64,000 nt of DNA from an uncultured Granulicella sp. Its GTDB lineage: Bacteria; Acidobacteriota; Terriglobia; Terriglobales; Acidobacteriaceae. The stretch is from contig CAZZYQ010000017.1 in assembly GCA_964658395.1 (NCBI GenBank), positions 982 to 64,981 of the forward strand. Reading direction: 5' to 3'. Position numbers and translations under genes: made by a program. Below, one piece after another: positions 17,821 through 28,584 of the stretch (position 1 is the first letter of the stretch; each line of letters opens with the position of its first letter). The notes below the pieces were generated by a model. The model was not told the DNA's origin, made no database searches, and saw nothing but the letters and a program-made list of their open reading frames with translations.

Positions 17821-18435
17821 TTATGACAGGTTCAAGGTCTTACGCATCGAGCCCCGCTCCTGCTGAATCTTTTCCTGCAACAGCGATATGGCATAGAGCA
17901 ACTGCTCCGGGCGCGGGGGACAGCCAGGCACGTAAATGTCGACGGGAATCACTTGATTCACGCCTTGCACCAAAGCGTAGTTGTTAAAGACGCCCCCTGA
18001 GGTCGCGCATGCGCCCATGGAGATCACCCACTTCGGTTCCGGCATCTGTTCGTAAAGTCTGCGAATCACGGGCGCCATCTTCTGGGACACCCTGCCGGCA
18101 ATGATCATGAGGTCACTCTGGCGGGGCGAGGGTCGAAACACCTCGGCGCCGAAGCGGGCGATATCGTAACGCGAGCCGCCCATCGACATCATCTCGATGG
18201 CACAGCACGCTAATCCAAAGGTCATCGGCCAAACCGAGTTTTTACGCACCCAGTTGATCGCCGCGTCTAGGGATGCAAGAACGATGCCTTCGGGCTGATC
18301 GTAGCCCCAACTCACCTCTGCCAGCTTTTGCTGGTTCTTGCCAAAACTGTCGAGGGTCCCGAAGATGTACCGGTCGTTCCCTTGTGGGGTCTCGACCGGA
18401 CGTCCATTGCTCGAAGTTTGTTCCGGATTACTCAT
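17821..18435 (-). CDS. nuoB: NADH-quinone oxidoreductase subunit B (NuoB/Nqo6 family), stand-alone
   Basis: All four N2-cluster cysteines are present: [20 protein letters not shown] and VPGCPP. No other nuo genes are adjacent. Confidence 0.85.
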   Translation of the reverse strand: MSNPEQTSSNGRPVETPQGNDRYIFGTLDSFGKNQQKLAEVSWGYDQPEGIVLASLDAAINWVRKNSVWPMTFGLACCAIEMMSMGGSRYDIARFGAEVFRPSPRQSDLMIIAGRVSQKMAPVIRRLYEQMPEPKWVISMGACATSGGVFNNYALVQGVNQVIPVDIYVPGCPPRPEQLLYAISLLQEKIQQERGSMRKTLNLS

Positions 18436-18600
18436 ACTCTAAGTATATGTCCCTGACGAGGTTAAGGAAGTAATTTCTGGGGCTGAAACTTCGGATGTCG
18501 GAAAGCGTGACAAGGTTGGTCTAAGTAGATGGCCGCCAAAGAAAAACCATGCTGCGGGCAGACGTCGCGGCGGTTTTCTTCTTCTGGGTGCATCCCCCAC

Positions 18601-21306
18601 CTAAAGCCCGTGGTCGGCGATCGCTTTCAGCAGGGCTTGTTGAAGCTCGATCGTATCTGCTCCACTTAGCTTTTGTCCGTGCTTGGTCACATAAAACACA
18701 TCGATCGCGGTCTCACCTTCGGTATCCACAAGGGCCACCTCGATGTTGCAGCCTTTTGCGGCCAGCACCAGGCTGAGCACCCGCAAAAGACCCGGAGTGT
18801 CCTGCGCTACAACCTGCATCAAGGTGCTGTGGGAGGATGCCGTATCGTCGAAGTCGACGCGTGCCTCAACTTTCACCAGCGGAGGCTTGCGGCGTTCTCT
18901 TCGTCCCCGCATCAGTTTCTCGATTGGTAGCGCACCCGCAACGACGTCATGAACGCTTGCGACGAACCGATCGCGTTCCGACTCATTTAGCTCGAGCGTC
19001 CGGAACGCGTCCGCAAATCGAAAGGTGTCGACGACTACTCCCAGCCGGTTTGAGTACGCCTCAGCGGTCACGATGTTCATGCCCCATGCCGCCAGCGCTC
19101 CTGCCATGTTCGAAAAAATCAACGGCCGATCCAGGGTCACCAGGATCATCTCGTTGACACTTGGCGAATGGTTCAGCTCGAGCTGCACGGGGTCTTGATC
19201 GAGACGTGTGGAGCGCTCAAAGTGCGACCGGACCTGCTCGGGCGTATGTGTGCTCAGGTAGCGAGCAGGTAACCCGTCGAGAAACGTCTCGACCTCCGCG
19301 CGATGGTCGGTCAGAACAGACGTGACACGAAGAACTAACTCGTTCTCCAACCGTGCGCTCACTCTTTCTTCGTCGACATTGCGGTCAAGGTAGTTTGAGG
19401 TGGCCACATAGAGCCGCCAGAGGTTTTCCGCCTTCCATGGTGTGAGCGCATCCGGGTGTACTGCCTGTATGTCGGCATAGGTGAACAGTGCCAGCATCCG
19501 CAGCGCCTCCGGAGTCTGCACCTTTCCCGCAAAGGCACGTACCGTGTCTGTGTCGAAGATGTCGCGGCGCAGGGCGCCGGACATTTCCAGGTGACTGTCG
19601 ATCAGCCGGAGAACCAGAGTCCTCTCGTATCCCCCCAGCTCCAGGCGCGAGAGCACACTTGCCGCCATTCGCGAACTCTCCTGCGAGTGGTCCTCCGTGC
19701 TGCGGCCTTTGCCAGTGTCGTGGAGAAGCGCCACAAGATAAAGCAGCCCAGGCTGCTGCAGGTCACGAAGCAGCTGGCCGAATCGAGGCGCCCACTCTGT
19801 GATGGGGTTGTTCTTGCTCTTGGACGATCGAGGTGCGTCCACGGGCGGCTGGCCTTCCAACTCGTGCAGGGTGTCGATCAATACGAAGGTGTGCTCGTCG
19901 ACGGTGTAGCGATGGTAGGCGTCGCGGATCACGAGCGCATCGATACCATGGAACTCCGGCACCAGCAGCTCAAGAATGCCGAGCGCGTGCATGGCGCGAA
20001 GCGCCTTACCAGCGAATCGACCTGTGATGATCCGCTCGATGTGACGCCACAACGCTGGCCCTTCTTCTAGGTCCGCCGAAAGGAACGGCAGGGCTTGCGA
20101 CAGCCGCTCCTCAGCCTCTGCTCCCAGCCGGCAGCCAGTGCTCGCCATGACTTCGAAGAGGCTCAAGACAGCCTCCGGGTCGTGAGCAGGATCGCGCTCG
20201 GTCGCTCCGGCCCCTTCCTTTCCCTTGTTGCTGTCGGCAAAGACGATTGCGCTGTCCTCCAGCAGAAAGCCCTTGCCCGCCGCCTCTTGCGTTCTTTCCT
20301 TCCGCAGGCCCAGCCTCAGCAGGCCGCCGGCCGGTGCGATGCGTGGGACCTGACCAAGCGCCTGGGTCACCTTGCGCTCAACCACCCGTGCGTTGCGGAA
20401 GTAGAGCCGCATCCAGTACGCGGCATCGGCCCCGGTCGCTCCCGTAGCCTTCAACTCCGCAGCGGCGGCGGCATCCTGGGCTTGCCAATCCAGTACATTG
20501 TCATCCCGTTGATGGCGGAAGTGCAGAAAGCATCGCACGTGTTGCAGAAAGGCCACGGCGCCGCGGAACTCAGCGTCTGCGCTCGGCTGGGTTGTCGGCG
20601 CGCTACTTTCTCTTGCTTTGCCGATTAGCTCAAAAAGCTGAGCTGTCCAACCACAAACATGAGCATCTCTCAGGCCGCCGGGACAGTCCTTGACGTTTGG
20701 CTCCAGGTGAAAAAGCGTGCCGCCGTATTTGGAGTGACGCGCGGCGGTCAGTTCGGCAAGCCGGCGTAACACGCTCCCACGCTCCCGCCGGAAGAACTTG
20801 GGAAGGCTATGGGAGTCGAGACGCTCAAAGAGCTCTGCGTCTCCGGACACAAACCGGCGATCTAACAACGACAGGGTCAACTCCGCATTGTTCGGGTCGA
20901 ACGATGTGCACTCGCCCAGCCTTCGCGTCAGCGGAGACAGCCGCAGACCGCAGTCCCAGAGAGACTGGTTGATCTGGCGGATCGGGTCCTTTACAAAGCG
21001 CGCTGCAGTCTTCTCAGTCACTCGCTGGTCGAGCAGAAACAGCAGATCGACGTCGGAGTAAGGAAACAGTTCACGACGCCCGTACCCTCCGACTGCTACC
21101 AGCGCCACGCCCCTGCTCAGTCGCGGGTCCGCGGAAACCACCTGGCGCCAGAATCCTGAAACCAGTTCGTCGACAGCCTTCGCACGCGCCCGGATTGTCT
21201 GTCTGCCTGAAGCTCCGTCTTCAAACTCGCGCCGAATCGCCAGCATCTTCTGCCGGTAGAGCTCGCGCGACGCTTCGGTGTTTGAGCGGTCCGGTTCCTT
21301 CGCCAT
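18601..21306 (-). CDS. glnD: [Protein-PII] uridylyltransferase/uridylyl-removing enzyme
   Basis: Nucleotidyltransferase motif [21 protein letters not shown] domain LLHDTGKG, two C-terminal ACT-like modules. Length 901 aa. Confidence 0.9.
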   Translation of the reverse strand: MAKEPDRSNTEASRELYRQKMLAIRREFEDGASGRQTIRARAKAVDELVSGFWRQVVSADPRLSRGVALVAVGGYGRRELFPYSDVDLLFLLDQRVTEKTAARFVKDPIRQINQSLWDCGLRLSPLTRRLGECTSFDPNNAELTLSLLDRRFVSGDAELFERLDSHSLPKFFRRERGSVLRRLAELTAARHSKYGGTLFHLEPNVKDCPGGLRDAHVCGWTAQLFELIGKARESSAPTTQPSADAEFRGAVAFLQHVRCFLHFRHQRDDNVLDWQAQDAAAAAELKATGATGADAAYWMRLYFRNARVVERKVTQALGQVPRIAPAGGLLRLGLRKERTQEAAGKGFLLEDSAIVFADSNKGKEGAGATERDPAHDPEAVLSLFEVMASTGCRLGAEAEERLSQALPFLSADLEEGPALWRHIERIITGRFAGKALRAMHALGILELLVPEFHGIDALVIRDAYHRYTVDEHTFVLIDTLHELEGQPPVDAPRSSKSKNNPITEWAPRFGQLLRDLQQPGLLYLVALLHDTGKGRSTEDHSQESSRMAASVLSRLELGGYERTLVLRLIDSHLEMSGALRRDIFDTDTVRAFAGKVQTPEALRMLALFTYADIQAVHPDALTPWKAENLWRLYVATSNYLDRNVDEERVSARLENELVLRVTSVLTDHRAEVETFLDGLPARYLSTHTPEQVRSHFERSTRLDQDPVQLELNHSPSVNEMILVTLDRPLIFSNMAGALAAWGMNIVTAEAYSNRLGVVVDTFRFADAFRTLELNESERDRFVASVHDVVAGALPIEKLMRGRRERRKPPLVKVEARVDFDDTASSHSTLMQVVAQDTPGLLRVLSLVLAAKGCNIEVALVDTEGETAIDVFYVTKHGQKLSGADTIELQQALLKAIADHGL

Positions 21307-21379
21307 AGGAAAGATGAAGAAACCTTAATATAGATCAAGCCGGAGCCTGGCCTACATAGCCGTGGCCAGCTGAGCTCGC

Positions 21380-21718
21380 TTACAGTGCGATCTCTCCGCG
21401 CTCGTCGTTCCTGATTCGAATCGCCTCGTCTATCTTCGAGATGAAGATTTTGCCGTCGCCGATTGTTCCCGTCCGCGCAGCCGCAATGATTGCCTGGATA
21501 GCCGCTTCCGCGCGCTCATCGCTGATAACCAACTCCAGTTTGACCTTTGGCAGCAGATCAACCGAGTACTCCCGCCCGCGGTAGAACTCCGTGTGGCCCT
21601 TCTGGCGGCCATGCCCGCGCGCTTCGAGAATCGTCATACCTTCTACGCCGATCTCTACGAGAGCATCTTTGACTGCATCCACTTTCGAGGGCTGGATTAC
21701 TGCTTCGATCTTCGTCAT
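21380..21718 (-). CDS. glnB: Nitrogen regulatory protein P-II
   Basis: 112 aa. T-loop GHGRQKGHTEFYRGREY with Tyr at position 51. Confidence 0.9.
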   Translation of the reverse strand: MTKIEAVIQPSKVDAVKDALVEIGVEGMTILEARGHGRQKGHTEFYRGREYSVDLLPKVKLELVISDERAEAAIQAIIAAARTGTIGDGKIFISKIDEAIRIRNDERGEIAL

Positions 21719-21883
21719 TTTCTCTCCACCTGCGTGACTCCCCTACGATATCAATCGACTGCCGCTTAGAGATACTTCCAGCAACTTAAATCGCCTCGAA
21801 CGAATTTGATGGCCCGGCTGGGTTGTGGCTGCTCGCACTCCACTGGAACTAGCCGTGCTCGACTTTAGACCAGCCGCGTCATC

Positions 21884-22879
21884 TCATTTTGAGGCCGTGC
21901 TGGCCTTTGGCGGCACGTCCGCAGCTGAGGCAAGCCCGCGCTCCCGCATCCACTTGATCAGAAGTTCGGGCCAGATACTCAGCTGCGGGTTTCCTTCTGC
22001 CAGGCCCGCCCCATGATTGCCATGCTGGAAGATGTGCAGTTCCGCGGGCACTTCGAACTTCACCAGCGCCGTGTAGAAGGCCACGCTGTTCATCACCGGA
22101 ACGACGCCATCGTCCGTTGTCGAGAAGATAAAGGTCGGCGGGGTGTCTTTGGTGACCTGGGTCTCGTCGGACAGGTTTGCCAGCACTGCCTGGGCCGGAT
22201 CGTCGCCAAGGAGGTTCTTGCGCGATCCCCCATGCACGTTCGGCACGAGAAGTGTGATAACGGGATACGCGAGGATAAGGAAGTCCGGCCGGCAGCCCTG
22301 GCGTTCGACAGGATCGCGAGAGTCCGCAGCCCCTTTGTCGTAGTGCGTGCCCAACGTGGCCGCAAGGTGTCCACCGGCCGAGAAGCCCCACACTCCGATG
22401 TGGTCTGGTGCGATACCAAACTCGTTTGCATTTGCGCGCACCAGCCGCATTGCCCGCTGGGCGTCGCCTAGTTCGATGGGATGGTGGTACACGGGACCGA
22501 GCCGGTACTTCAAGACGAACGCCGCTACACCGCGTGCGTTCAGCCAGTGTGCGATGTCCTCTCCTTCGTGCTTCATCGAGAGTGACATGTAGCCGCCCCC
22601 CGGTGCGATCACCACGCCAGTCCGCGTCGTGTTCTTTGCGGGAAGATACACGGTCAGGGTTGGAGTGTCGGCGGGCGTTTTGCCAACGGCCTTCGGCGCG
22701 CCCTCGGTCCAGAGCAGCAGCGTCTTTCCGGTTGCCGCGGCTGGTGCCATGGGAGTCGCCTGCGCCTTCTGTTGACCGGAAGCACTTCCAATCTGCGCAG
22801 GCGTCGCACCCAGCGTGGAGCCCAGTGCCGGGCCTAGATAGAAGGCTAAAAGCAGCACATCTTTCCAGCATCGATTCAT
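21884..22879 (-). CDS. Secreted alpha/beta hydrolase (acetyl-esterase/lipase-like)
   Basis: GxSxG nucleophile elbow GFSAGGHLA, oxyanion region VIAPGGGY, C-terminal HGNHG, signal peptide. ATG at 22879 (GTG alternative at 22888). Confidence 0.7.
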   Translation of the reverse strand: MNRCWKDVLLLAFYLGPALGSTLGATPAQIGSASGQQKAQATPMAPAAATGKTLLLWTEGAPKAVGKTPADTPTLTVYLPAKNTTRTGVVIAPGGGYMSLSMKHEGEDIAHWLNARGVAAFVLKYRLGPVYHHPIELGDAQRAMRLVRANANEFGIAPDHIGVWGFSAGGHLAATLGTHYDKGAADSRDPVERQGCRPDFLILAYPVITLLVPNVHGGSRKNLLGDDPAQAVLANLSDETQVTKDTPPTFIFSTTDDGVVPVMNSVAFYTALVKFEVPAELHIFQHGNHGAGLAEGNPQLSIWPELLIKWMRERGLASAADVPPKASTASK

Positions 22880-23022
22880 TTGAAGCACTCCAGATTCTAC
22901 TTTGCGGCGTACCAGACCAGCCGGGACACGTTCCGTATAATCTTCAGATTACAGGCTGGATGCACGGACCTGCTCGATCGAAGTTGTCTTCCTGTTTTTC
23001 TGGTGCAGCGCTGGAGTTTTGC

Positions 23023-23634
23023 ATGAAAGAAGTCGTTCAGAGACAGCTCGCGCGCTCCATCGCCACTCTGCAGGCTGTCCTTGCCGATGAGTCGATTGCC
23101 GAAACGCTCGTGCGGCTCAGCGAGATCACCGCTGCTTCTATTAAAGCAGGGGGCAAGCTGCTCGTCGCAGGCAATGGCGGTTCTGCCGCAGACGCGCAGC
23201 ACCTGGTGGCCGAGTTCGTCGGTCGCCTGACTATCACCCGGCCAGCGCTTCGGGCCATCGCCCTGACTACAGATAGCTCCATTATGACCGCGGTCGCCAA
23301 CGACTTCTCCTTCGATAACATCTTCGAGCGACAGCTTGAAGCAATCGGCGCGCCGGGAGATGTCTTTCTTGGCATCTCCACATCCGGCAACTCCAGGAAT
23401 GTGCTCCGGGCCGTGCAGTACGCCCGACGCAGCGGAATAACCGCGGTTGGATTTACCGGCAGCGGCGGGGGAGAGATGGCCGCGCACTGCGATTTGAACA
23501 TCATCATCCCTTCGTCAGCGACGATGAACATACAAGAGGCCCATCTCGCACTCGAGCACATCTTCTGCATGCTGGTCGAGCTTTGCTATTTTGGTCCGGA
23601 GTTTGGTCTGAGGCCTGCAGAGTTGGCAGAATAG
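23023..23634 (+). CDS. gmhA: D-sedoheptulose 7-phosphate isomerase
   Basis: SIS domain LLVAGNGGSAADAQHLVAEF and ISTSGNSRNV. The real start is ATG 23023; the 22408 extension in the ORF track is Arg/Ser/Pro-rich junk. Confidence 0.85.
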   Translation: MKEVVQRQLARSIATLQAVLADESIAETLVRLSEITAASIKAGGKLLVAGNGGSAADAQHLVAEFVGRLTITRPALRAIALTTDSSIMTAVANDFSFDNIFERQLEAIGAPGDVFLGISTSGNSRNVLRAVQYARRSGITAVGFTGSGGGEMAAHCDLNIIIPSSATMNIQEAHLALEHIFCMLVELCYFGPEFGLRPAELAE

Positions 23635-23666
23635 CGACAATAATTCGGTCAAGTATCCTGAGTGGC

Positions 23667-25307
23667 ATGATGCCAGAGAGCGGACTCCACCTTACGGAGC
23701 TCATTCTGGTCACGCTCGTGGCCTTTGTCGCGATTCTCGCCGCGCTTGCGCAGCGGCTTAGAGTTCCCTATCCCATCGTGCTTGTGCTGGGCGGCCTGGT
23801 TCTCAGCTTTGTTCCGGTCTTTCCTAACATATCGCTTCGGCCAGACTTCGTCTTCCTTGTGATCCTTCCTCCGCTGCTCTTCGCCAGCGCCCTGCAGACC
23901 TCGTGGAGCGGTTTTCGCTACAACCTGGTCAGCATCTCCATGCTTGCCTTCGGCCTGGTCGCCTTTACTGTTGCCGGCGTTGCAGTCGCCGCCCACTTCT
24001 TCCTGCGCAACTTTGACTGGCGCTCGGGTGCCGTCCTTGGCGCGGTTGTCTGCACGACCGACGCAATCGCAATCGCCGCCATCGCCAAGCGGATCGGCCT
24101 TCCCCCTTTTCTGCTCGAGATCATCGAAGGGGAGAGTCTGCTCAACGACGCCACCGGCCTGCTCGCGCTTCAGTTCAGTGTCGCGCTGGTCACCTCCGGC
24201 GAGATACCGTCTGTCTGGAATGGTGCGGGGCGTCTGTTATTTCTGGTCGCGGGCGGAATCCTAACCGGCCTCTTCGTGGGTGCGGTCATGCGATTCTTCC
24301 AGCGTCCGGTGCAATCCTCGTCGCTGCAGACGATGGTCTCGCTGGCGACCCCCTACTTTGCTTATCTGCTGGGAGAAGGCCTGCATACCTCCGGTGTGCT
24401 GGCGACGGTGGTGTGCGGGCTCTATCTCGGTCGCCAAACCTCCAAAATCATCACTTCCGCCACACGGATCAATCTCCAATCAGTTTGGAGCACAGTCGAG
24501 TTCATCCTCAATGGCTTTGTCTTCATCCTCATCGGTTTGCAGTTCCCCTCCGTGCTTCCGGGTATGAGGCCGTACAACTGGCCGCAGCTTTTAGGCATGG
24601 CCGCGTTCGTGTCGGTCCTGCTGATCGCGCTGCGCATGATCTGGATCTTTCCCGGCTCGCGCTTCTCCTGGATGATCCGCCATCGATTGCTCGGCCAGAA
24701 GCGGCCCAGCATCAATAACCGCCAACTCATCGTGCTGGGATGGAGCGGCTTGCGGGGCGTGCTCACCCTCGCCGCCGCGCTTTCCTTGCCCGAAACGACG
24801 GACAACGGTGCGCCCTTTCCGCATCGCGATATCGTCATCTTTCTCGCTTTCTCTGTCATTCTCGTTACCCTCGTGGGCCAGGGGCTTACGCTTCCTTACC
24901 TTACCCGCAGACTCGGCGTGTGCGGTTCGCCGGACGCCCTTGCCGAGGAGCGAGATGCCCGACGCGCTCTTCTGAACGCGGCTTTAAACGAGCTGGCGCT
25001 GATGAAGCAGGACAGCCAGGCAAACGCCGCGTCTACTGAGGCCTTCCATCGCGTCGTCGAATACCTGGAACGGTCGTACTCCGCAAGACTTGACGGCCTG
25101 CAGCAGGAAGAGGAACGTGAAGGCGGCGGACCTCGCGGCGAAGAGATCTCCGATGCAAAGATCTACGCCGAATTTGCTGGTCGCGCTCGCCGGGCAGAGC
25201 GATCGAAGCTGTACAGCCTGCTTGAAGACGGTGCGATTGGCGACGGCACTGTCCGCAGGCTGGAGCGGGAGCTTGATCTGCTGGATCTACGTTTTTCCGC
25301 GGAGTGA
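23667..25307 (+). CDS. Na+/H+ antiporter (CPA1 family)
   Basis: About 11-12 predicted TM helices followed by a charged cytoplasmic tail. Family-typical ESLLNDATGL motif. ATG at 23667. Confidence 0.8.
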   Translation: MMPESGLHLTELILVTLVAFVAILAALAQRLRVPYPIVLVLGGLVLSFVPVFPNISLRPDFVFLVILPPLLFASALQTSWSGFRYNLVSISMLAFGLVAFTVAGVAVAAHFFLRNFDWRSGAVLGAVVCTTDAIAIAAIAKRIGLPPFLLEIIEGESLLNDATGLLALQFSVALVTSGEIPSVWNGAGRLLFLVAGGILTGLFVGAVMRFFQRPVQSSSLQTMVSLATPYFAYLLGEGLHTSGVLATVVCGLYLGRQTSKIITSATRINLQSVWSTVEFILNGFVFILIGLQFPSVLPGMRPYNWPQLLGMAAFVSVLLIALRMIWIFPGSRFSWMIRHRLLGQKRPSINNRQLIVLGWSGLRGVLTLAAALSLPETTDNGAPFPHRDIVIFLAFSVILVTLVGQGLTLPYLTRRLGVCGSPDALAEERDARRALLNAALNELALMKQDSQANAASTEAFHRVVEYLERSYSARLDGLQQEEEREGGGPRGEEISDAKIYAEFAGRARRAERSKLYSLLEDGAIGDGTVRRLERELDLLDLRFSAE

Positions 25308-25403
25308 CATCGTCTTTGATCTCACGAGCGGTACTCGTAACAGAAACACGGAATCGCGCATCTATCTTCCTGACTCTGAAAATAAGTACTACAAGCGAGG
25401 CGC

Positions 25404-27557
25404 ATGCAATACACCCTTCTGCCCGGCCGTCCCTATCCCCTTGGATCGAAGTGCAGGTCCAACGGAACGAACTTTGCACTCTATTCCGAACACGCGACGC
25501 GCGTGGATGTTTGTCTCTTTGACGACCAAGGAAACGAGACCGATTGCGTCGAACTGCGCGAGCGTACCGCCTTCGTCTGGCACGGCTTGATCCGCGGCAT
25601 CCGTCCAGGCCAGCGGTATGGTTATCGCGTGCATGGTCCCTGGGAACCCGAGAAAGGCCACCGGTTCAATCCCAGCAAGCTGCTGGTCGACCCATACGCA
25701 GAGGCAATCTCGGGTAAAGTCGACTGGAAGGCGCCGGTCTTCGCCTACAAGGTCGAAGAAGGCAATGACCTCGTTCGCTGTGACAAGGACGACGCGTACG
25801 GCATCCCGAAGTCCATCGTGGTGGACCACAAGTTCGACTGGGGCAACGATTGCTTGCCACAGACGCCGCTGTCGGACTCTGTCATTTACGAGCTTCACGT
25901 CAAGGGCTTCTCCTACCGGAACCCGGATGTGCCCGAGCAGCTGCGCGGCACCTACGCCGGTCTGGGTCATAAAGTAAGCATCGACTACCTCAAGAAGCTT
26001 GGTGTGACCGCCGTAGAACTGCTGCCAGTGCACCACTTCATCGATTCCGGCCATCTGGTGGACAAGGGCCTCGGTAATTACTGGGGATACAACACGCTCG
26101 GTTTCTTTGCGCCGATGGCACGCTATAGCTCCTCTGGCGATACTGGCGGACAGGTGAATGAGTTCAAGGAGATGGTCAAGAACCTCCACGCCGCGGGCAT
26201 TGAAGTCATCATGGACGTGGTTTACAACCACACCTGCGAAGGAAACCAGCTGGGGCCCACGCTGTCGTTCAAGGGCGTCTGCAACACGACCTATTACCGC
26301 ACTGTGGCGGACAATCCCCGCTATTACATGGACTACACGGGCACCGGGAACACCCTGAACGTCCGTAATCCCCAGGTGCTGAAGCTGCTGATGGACTCGC
26401 TACGCTACTGGGTCACGGAGATGCATGTGGACGGCTTCCGCTTCGATCTTGCCTCTACCCTGGCGCGCGAACTGCATGAGGTCAGCAAGCTTTCCAGCTT
26501 CTTCGACACCATCCATCAGGACCCCACGCTTGCCGACATCAAGTTGATTGCCGAGCCGTGGGACGTCGGCGAGGGCGGCTACCAGGTCGGCAACTTCCCT
26601 GTGCTCTGGGCCGAGTGGAACGGAATGTATCGCGATACCGTGCGCAAGTTCTGGAAGGGCGATGGAGGCCAGCTTTCAGACCTCGCGTACCGGCTTACCG
26701 GCTCCAGCGACCTGTATCAATACGACGGCCGCAAGCCTTACGCCAGCATCAACTTCATCACAGCGCACGATGGATTTACCCTGTGCGACCTGGTCAGTTA
26801 CAACGAAAAGCATAACGAAGCAAACGGCGAGAACAACCAGGACGGGGCGAACGATAACGAAAGCTGGAACATGGGCGCGGAAGGTCCGACTGACGACCCT
26901 GCCATCAACACGTTGCGCGAACGCCAGACGCGCAACTTCCTCGCTACCCTGATGTTGAGCCAGGGCGTTCCCATGCTGCTTGGCGGCGATGAGATTGCGC
27001 GCTCCCAGCGCGGCAATAACAACTCGTACTGCCAGGACAACGAGATCAACTGGTACGACTGGAAGCTCGACGAACCGCGCAAGCGCCTGCTTGAGTTCAC
27101 CTCTAAGCTGATCCACCTTCGCCTGGACCATCCCAACCTGCATCGCCGCAAGTTCTTCCAGGACAGGGTGATCCGTAACTCGAACGGGACCGATGTCGTG
27201 CACGACCTGGCCTGGTATGGCGCTGACGGCAATCCGTTGTCGAACGAGGCCTGGGAGACGGAGTGGAACCGCTCGCTGGGCATCCTGCTTAACGGCAACA
27301 CGCTCCAGGTGACAGATGACGAGGGTCAGCCTATCGTCGATGACGGTTTTCTCTTGCTCGTCAATGCAGCCGAGCAGGGCGTCGAGTTCACTCTGCCGAA
27401 ACCTCCCAACCCGGGGCCATGGTGCTTCGTCATTGATACCGAGAACATCGACGATCCGTTCGCCACAACGGAACTTTCGGACAAGGTAATCGTTGGCGGC
27501 CGCTCGCTGATGCTGTTGAAGTCGCCGCACCAGCCTGGGCTAAGTCAGGTCTTCTAG
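25404..27557 (+). CDS. glgX: Glycogen debranching enzyme
   Basis: GH13 regions [21 protein letters not shown] and [14 protein letters not shown]. Length 717 aa. Confidence 0.9.
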   Translation: MQYTLLPGRPYPLGSKCRSNGTNFALYSEHATRVDVCLFDDQGNETDCVELRERTAFVWHGLIRGIRPGQRYGYRVHGPWEPEKGHRFNPSKLLVDPYAEAISGKVDWKAPVFAYKVEEGNDLVRCDKDDAYGIPKSIVVDHKFDWGNDCLPQTPLSDSVIYELHVKGFSYRNPDVPEQLRGTYAGLGHKVSIDYLKKLGVTAVELLPVHHFIDSGHLVDKGLGNYWGYNTLGFFAPMARYSSSGDTGGQVNEFKEMVKNLHAAGIEVIMDVVYNHTCEGNQLGPTLSFKGVCNTTYYRTVADNPRYYMDYTGTGNTLNVRNPQVLKLLMDSLRYWVTEMHVDGFRFDLASTLARELHEVSKLSSFFDTIHQDPTLADIKLIAEPWDVGEGGYQVGNFPVLWAEWNGMYRDTVRKFWKGDGGQLSDLAYRLTGSSDLYQYDGRKPYASINFITAHDGFTLCDLVSYNEKHNEANGENNQDGANDNESWNMGAEGPTDDPAINTLRERQTRNFLATLMLSQGVPMLLGGDEIARSQRGNNNSYCQDNEINWYDWKLDEPRKRLLEFTSKLIHLRLDHPNLHRRKFFQDRVIRNSNGTDVVHDLAWYGADGNPLSNEAWETEWNRSLGILLNGNTLQVTDDEGQPIVDDGFLLLVNAAEQGVEFTLPKPPNPGPWCFVIDTENIDDPFATTELSDKVIVGGRSLMLLKSPHQPGLSQVF

Positions 27558-27574
27558 GTTGTTTGCTGAGGAAG

Positions 27575-27651
<77 letters not shown>

Positions 27652-27728
27652 ACATTGCAGAACTGCAACTTCTCTAGACTATATGGTAAGAGCGGCCAAG
27701 AGCAACCCGCTTCACCCGTATGAAGGAG

Positions 27729-27992
27729 TTAGGTGGCGGCGCTCTCCGGAGCAGGTGCCGGTGCCTCGAACATCGGCAGTGCTTCCCGCACATCGAGGCC
27801 GGCGCGACGCAAGAGCCCCTGAATGACAGGCTCGGTAAGCCGCGACGCGTCGTACTCAACGCGAACCGTCTTCTCGGCCTCCCGGAAGTCCACCTTGCGA
27901 ATGCCGTAGACCTCGCGGAGCCGGGTGATGGCCTGCATCGCAAGTTCGCTGGGCGGCGTGCCGAAGCGGTAAAGAACATCCAACTGGGTCAT
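27729..27992 (-). CDS. Hypothetical small protein (87 aa), possible ferredoxin-like/HMA-like fold without CxxC
   Basis: ATG start in a compact gap between the TlpA-like gene and tRNA-Arg. The segment KTVRVEYDASRLTEPVIQGLLRRAGLDV resembles the second half of heavy-metal-associated domains, but no metal-binding cysteines are present. Confidence 0.4.
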   Translation of the reverse strand: MTQLDVLYRFGTPPSELAMQAITRLREVYGIRKVDFREAEKTVRVEYDASRLTEPVIQGLLRRAGLDVREALPMFEAPAPAPESAAT

Positions 27993-28020
27993 GCGGCTAT
28001 CTTAGCAGCGCGTCTGCGTC

Positions 28021-28530
28021 TCACGCGCTCTGCAGCTTCTTGAGATAGTCCATGATCTCTGGACTGGTCCAGTTTTGCGCCGAGACGAACTTCCGGCGCA
28101 GCACTCCCTGCCGGTCAATGATGTACGTCTCGGGGATCTGCGCCGTGCCATACAGCGTGTTAATGCGACCGCTCTCGTCCCTTATCGTGACCAGGTCAAC
28201 ATGGTGCCGCGCAAGAAAGCTGCGGTAGATCGCGTCATCCTGGTCCATACTGATGGCCACAACGGCGACCTCCGGAAGCTGGCGCTGCATCGCAAGCAGG
28301 CTGGGCAGCTCCTCAATGCAGGGAGCGCACCACGTCGCCCACAGATTCAGCACGACGACTCGCCCGCGGAGTTTGCTCAGGTCGGCACTCTGGACCCCAT
28401 CGGTGACCGTAAACAAAGGCGCTGGCCTTCCGATGTTGCCCGGGTGGTCGCCGCGCTCGCAGCCAAACAGCGCCATCGCAAGCAGACAACAGCACGACAC
28501 CAACTTCGATGGAGCGAAACGTCGCACCAA
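28021..28530 (-). CDS. TlpA/ResA-like thiol:disulfide oxidoreductase (redoxin), probable lipoprotein
   Basis: Thioredoxin-fold active site WATWCAPC. N-terminal LAMALFGC lipobox-like sequence. Confidence 0.75.
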   Translation of the reverse strand: MVRRFAPSKLVSCCCLLAMALFGCERGDHPGNIGRPAPLFTVTDGVQSADLSKLRGRVVVLNLWATWCAPCIEELPSLLAMQRQLPEVAVVAISMDQDDAIYRSFLARHHVDLVTIRDESGRINTLYGTAQIPETYIIDRQGVLRRKFVSAQNWTSPEIMDYLKKLQSA

Positions 28531-28584
28531 CTCGTCCTCTCTCGCGAAGGCACGCTGCGCCTTCCGTTCCTATAATACGAAGCT

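Noticed and set aside
21307..21379. Hairpin ctggcc / ggccag between glnB and glnD as an intra-operon terminator or attenuator.
   Set aside because: The stem is only 6 bp with an 11-nt loop and no U-tract on the transcribed strand.
21719..21883. Sigma-54 (TGGCAC-N5-TTGC) promoter upstream of glnB.
   Set aside because: I scanned the reverse complement by eye and found no GG-N10-GC element with acceptable flanks.
22408..23022. N-terminal extensions in the ORF track, for example on gmhA (22408), the FtsX permease (43634), PTPS' (29956), czcC (36638), truB (31336), ybbA-like (33148), the Na+/H+ antiporter (23583) and DUF92 (52029).
   Set aside because: The extensions are low-complexity Arg/Ser/Pro-rich, overlap neighbouring genes, and are followed by an internal ATG that gives a normal-length protein with a proper N-terminus. 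Several of those ATGs have an SD sequence or a stop/start overlap.
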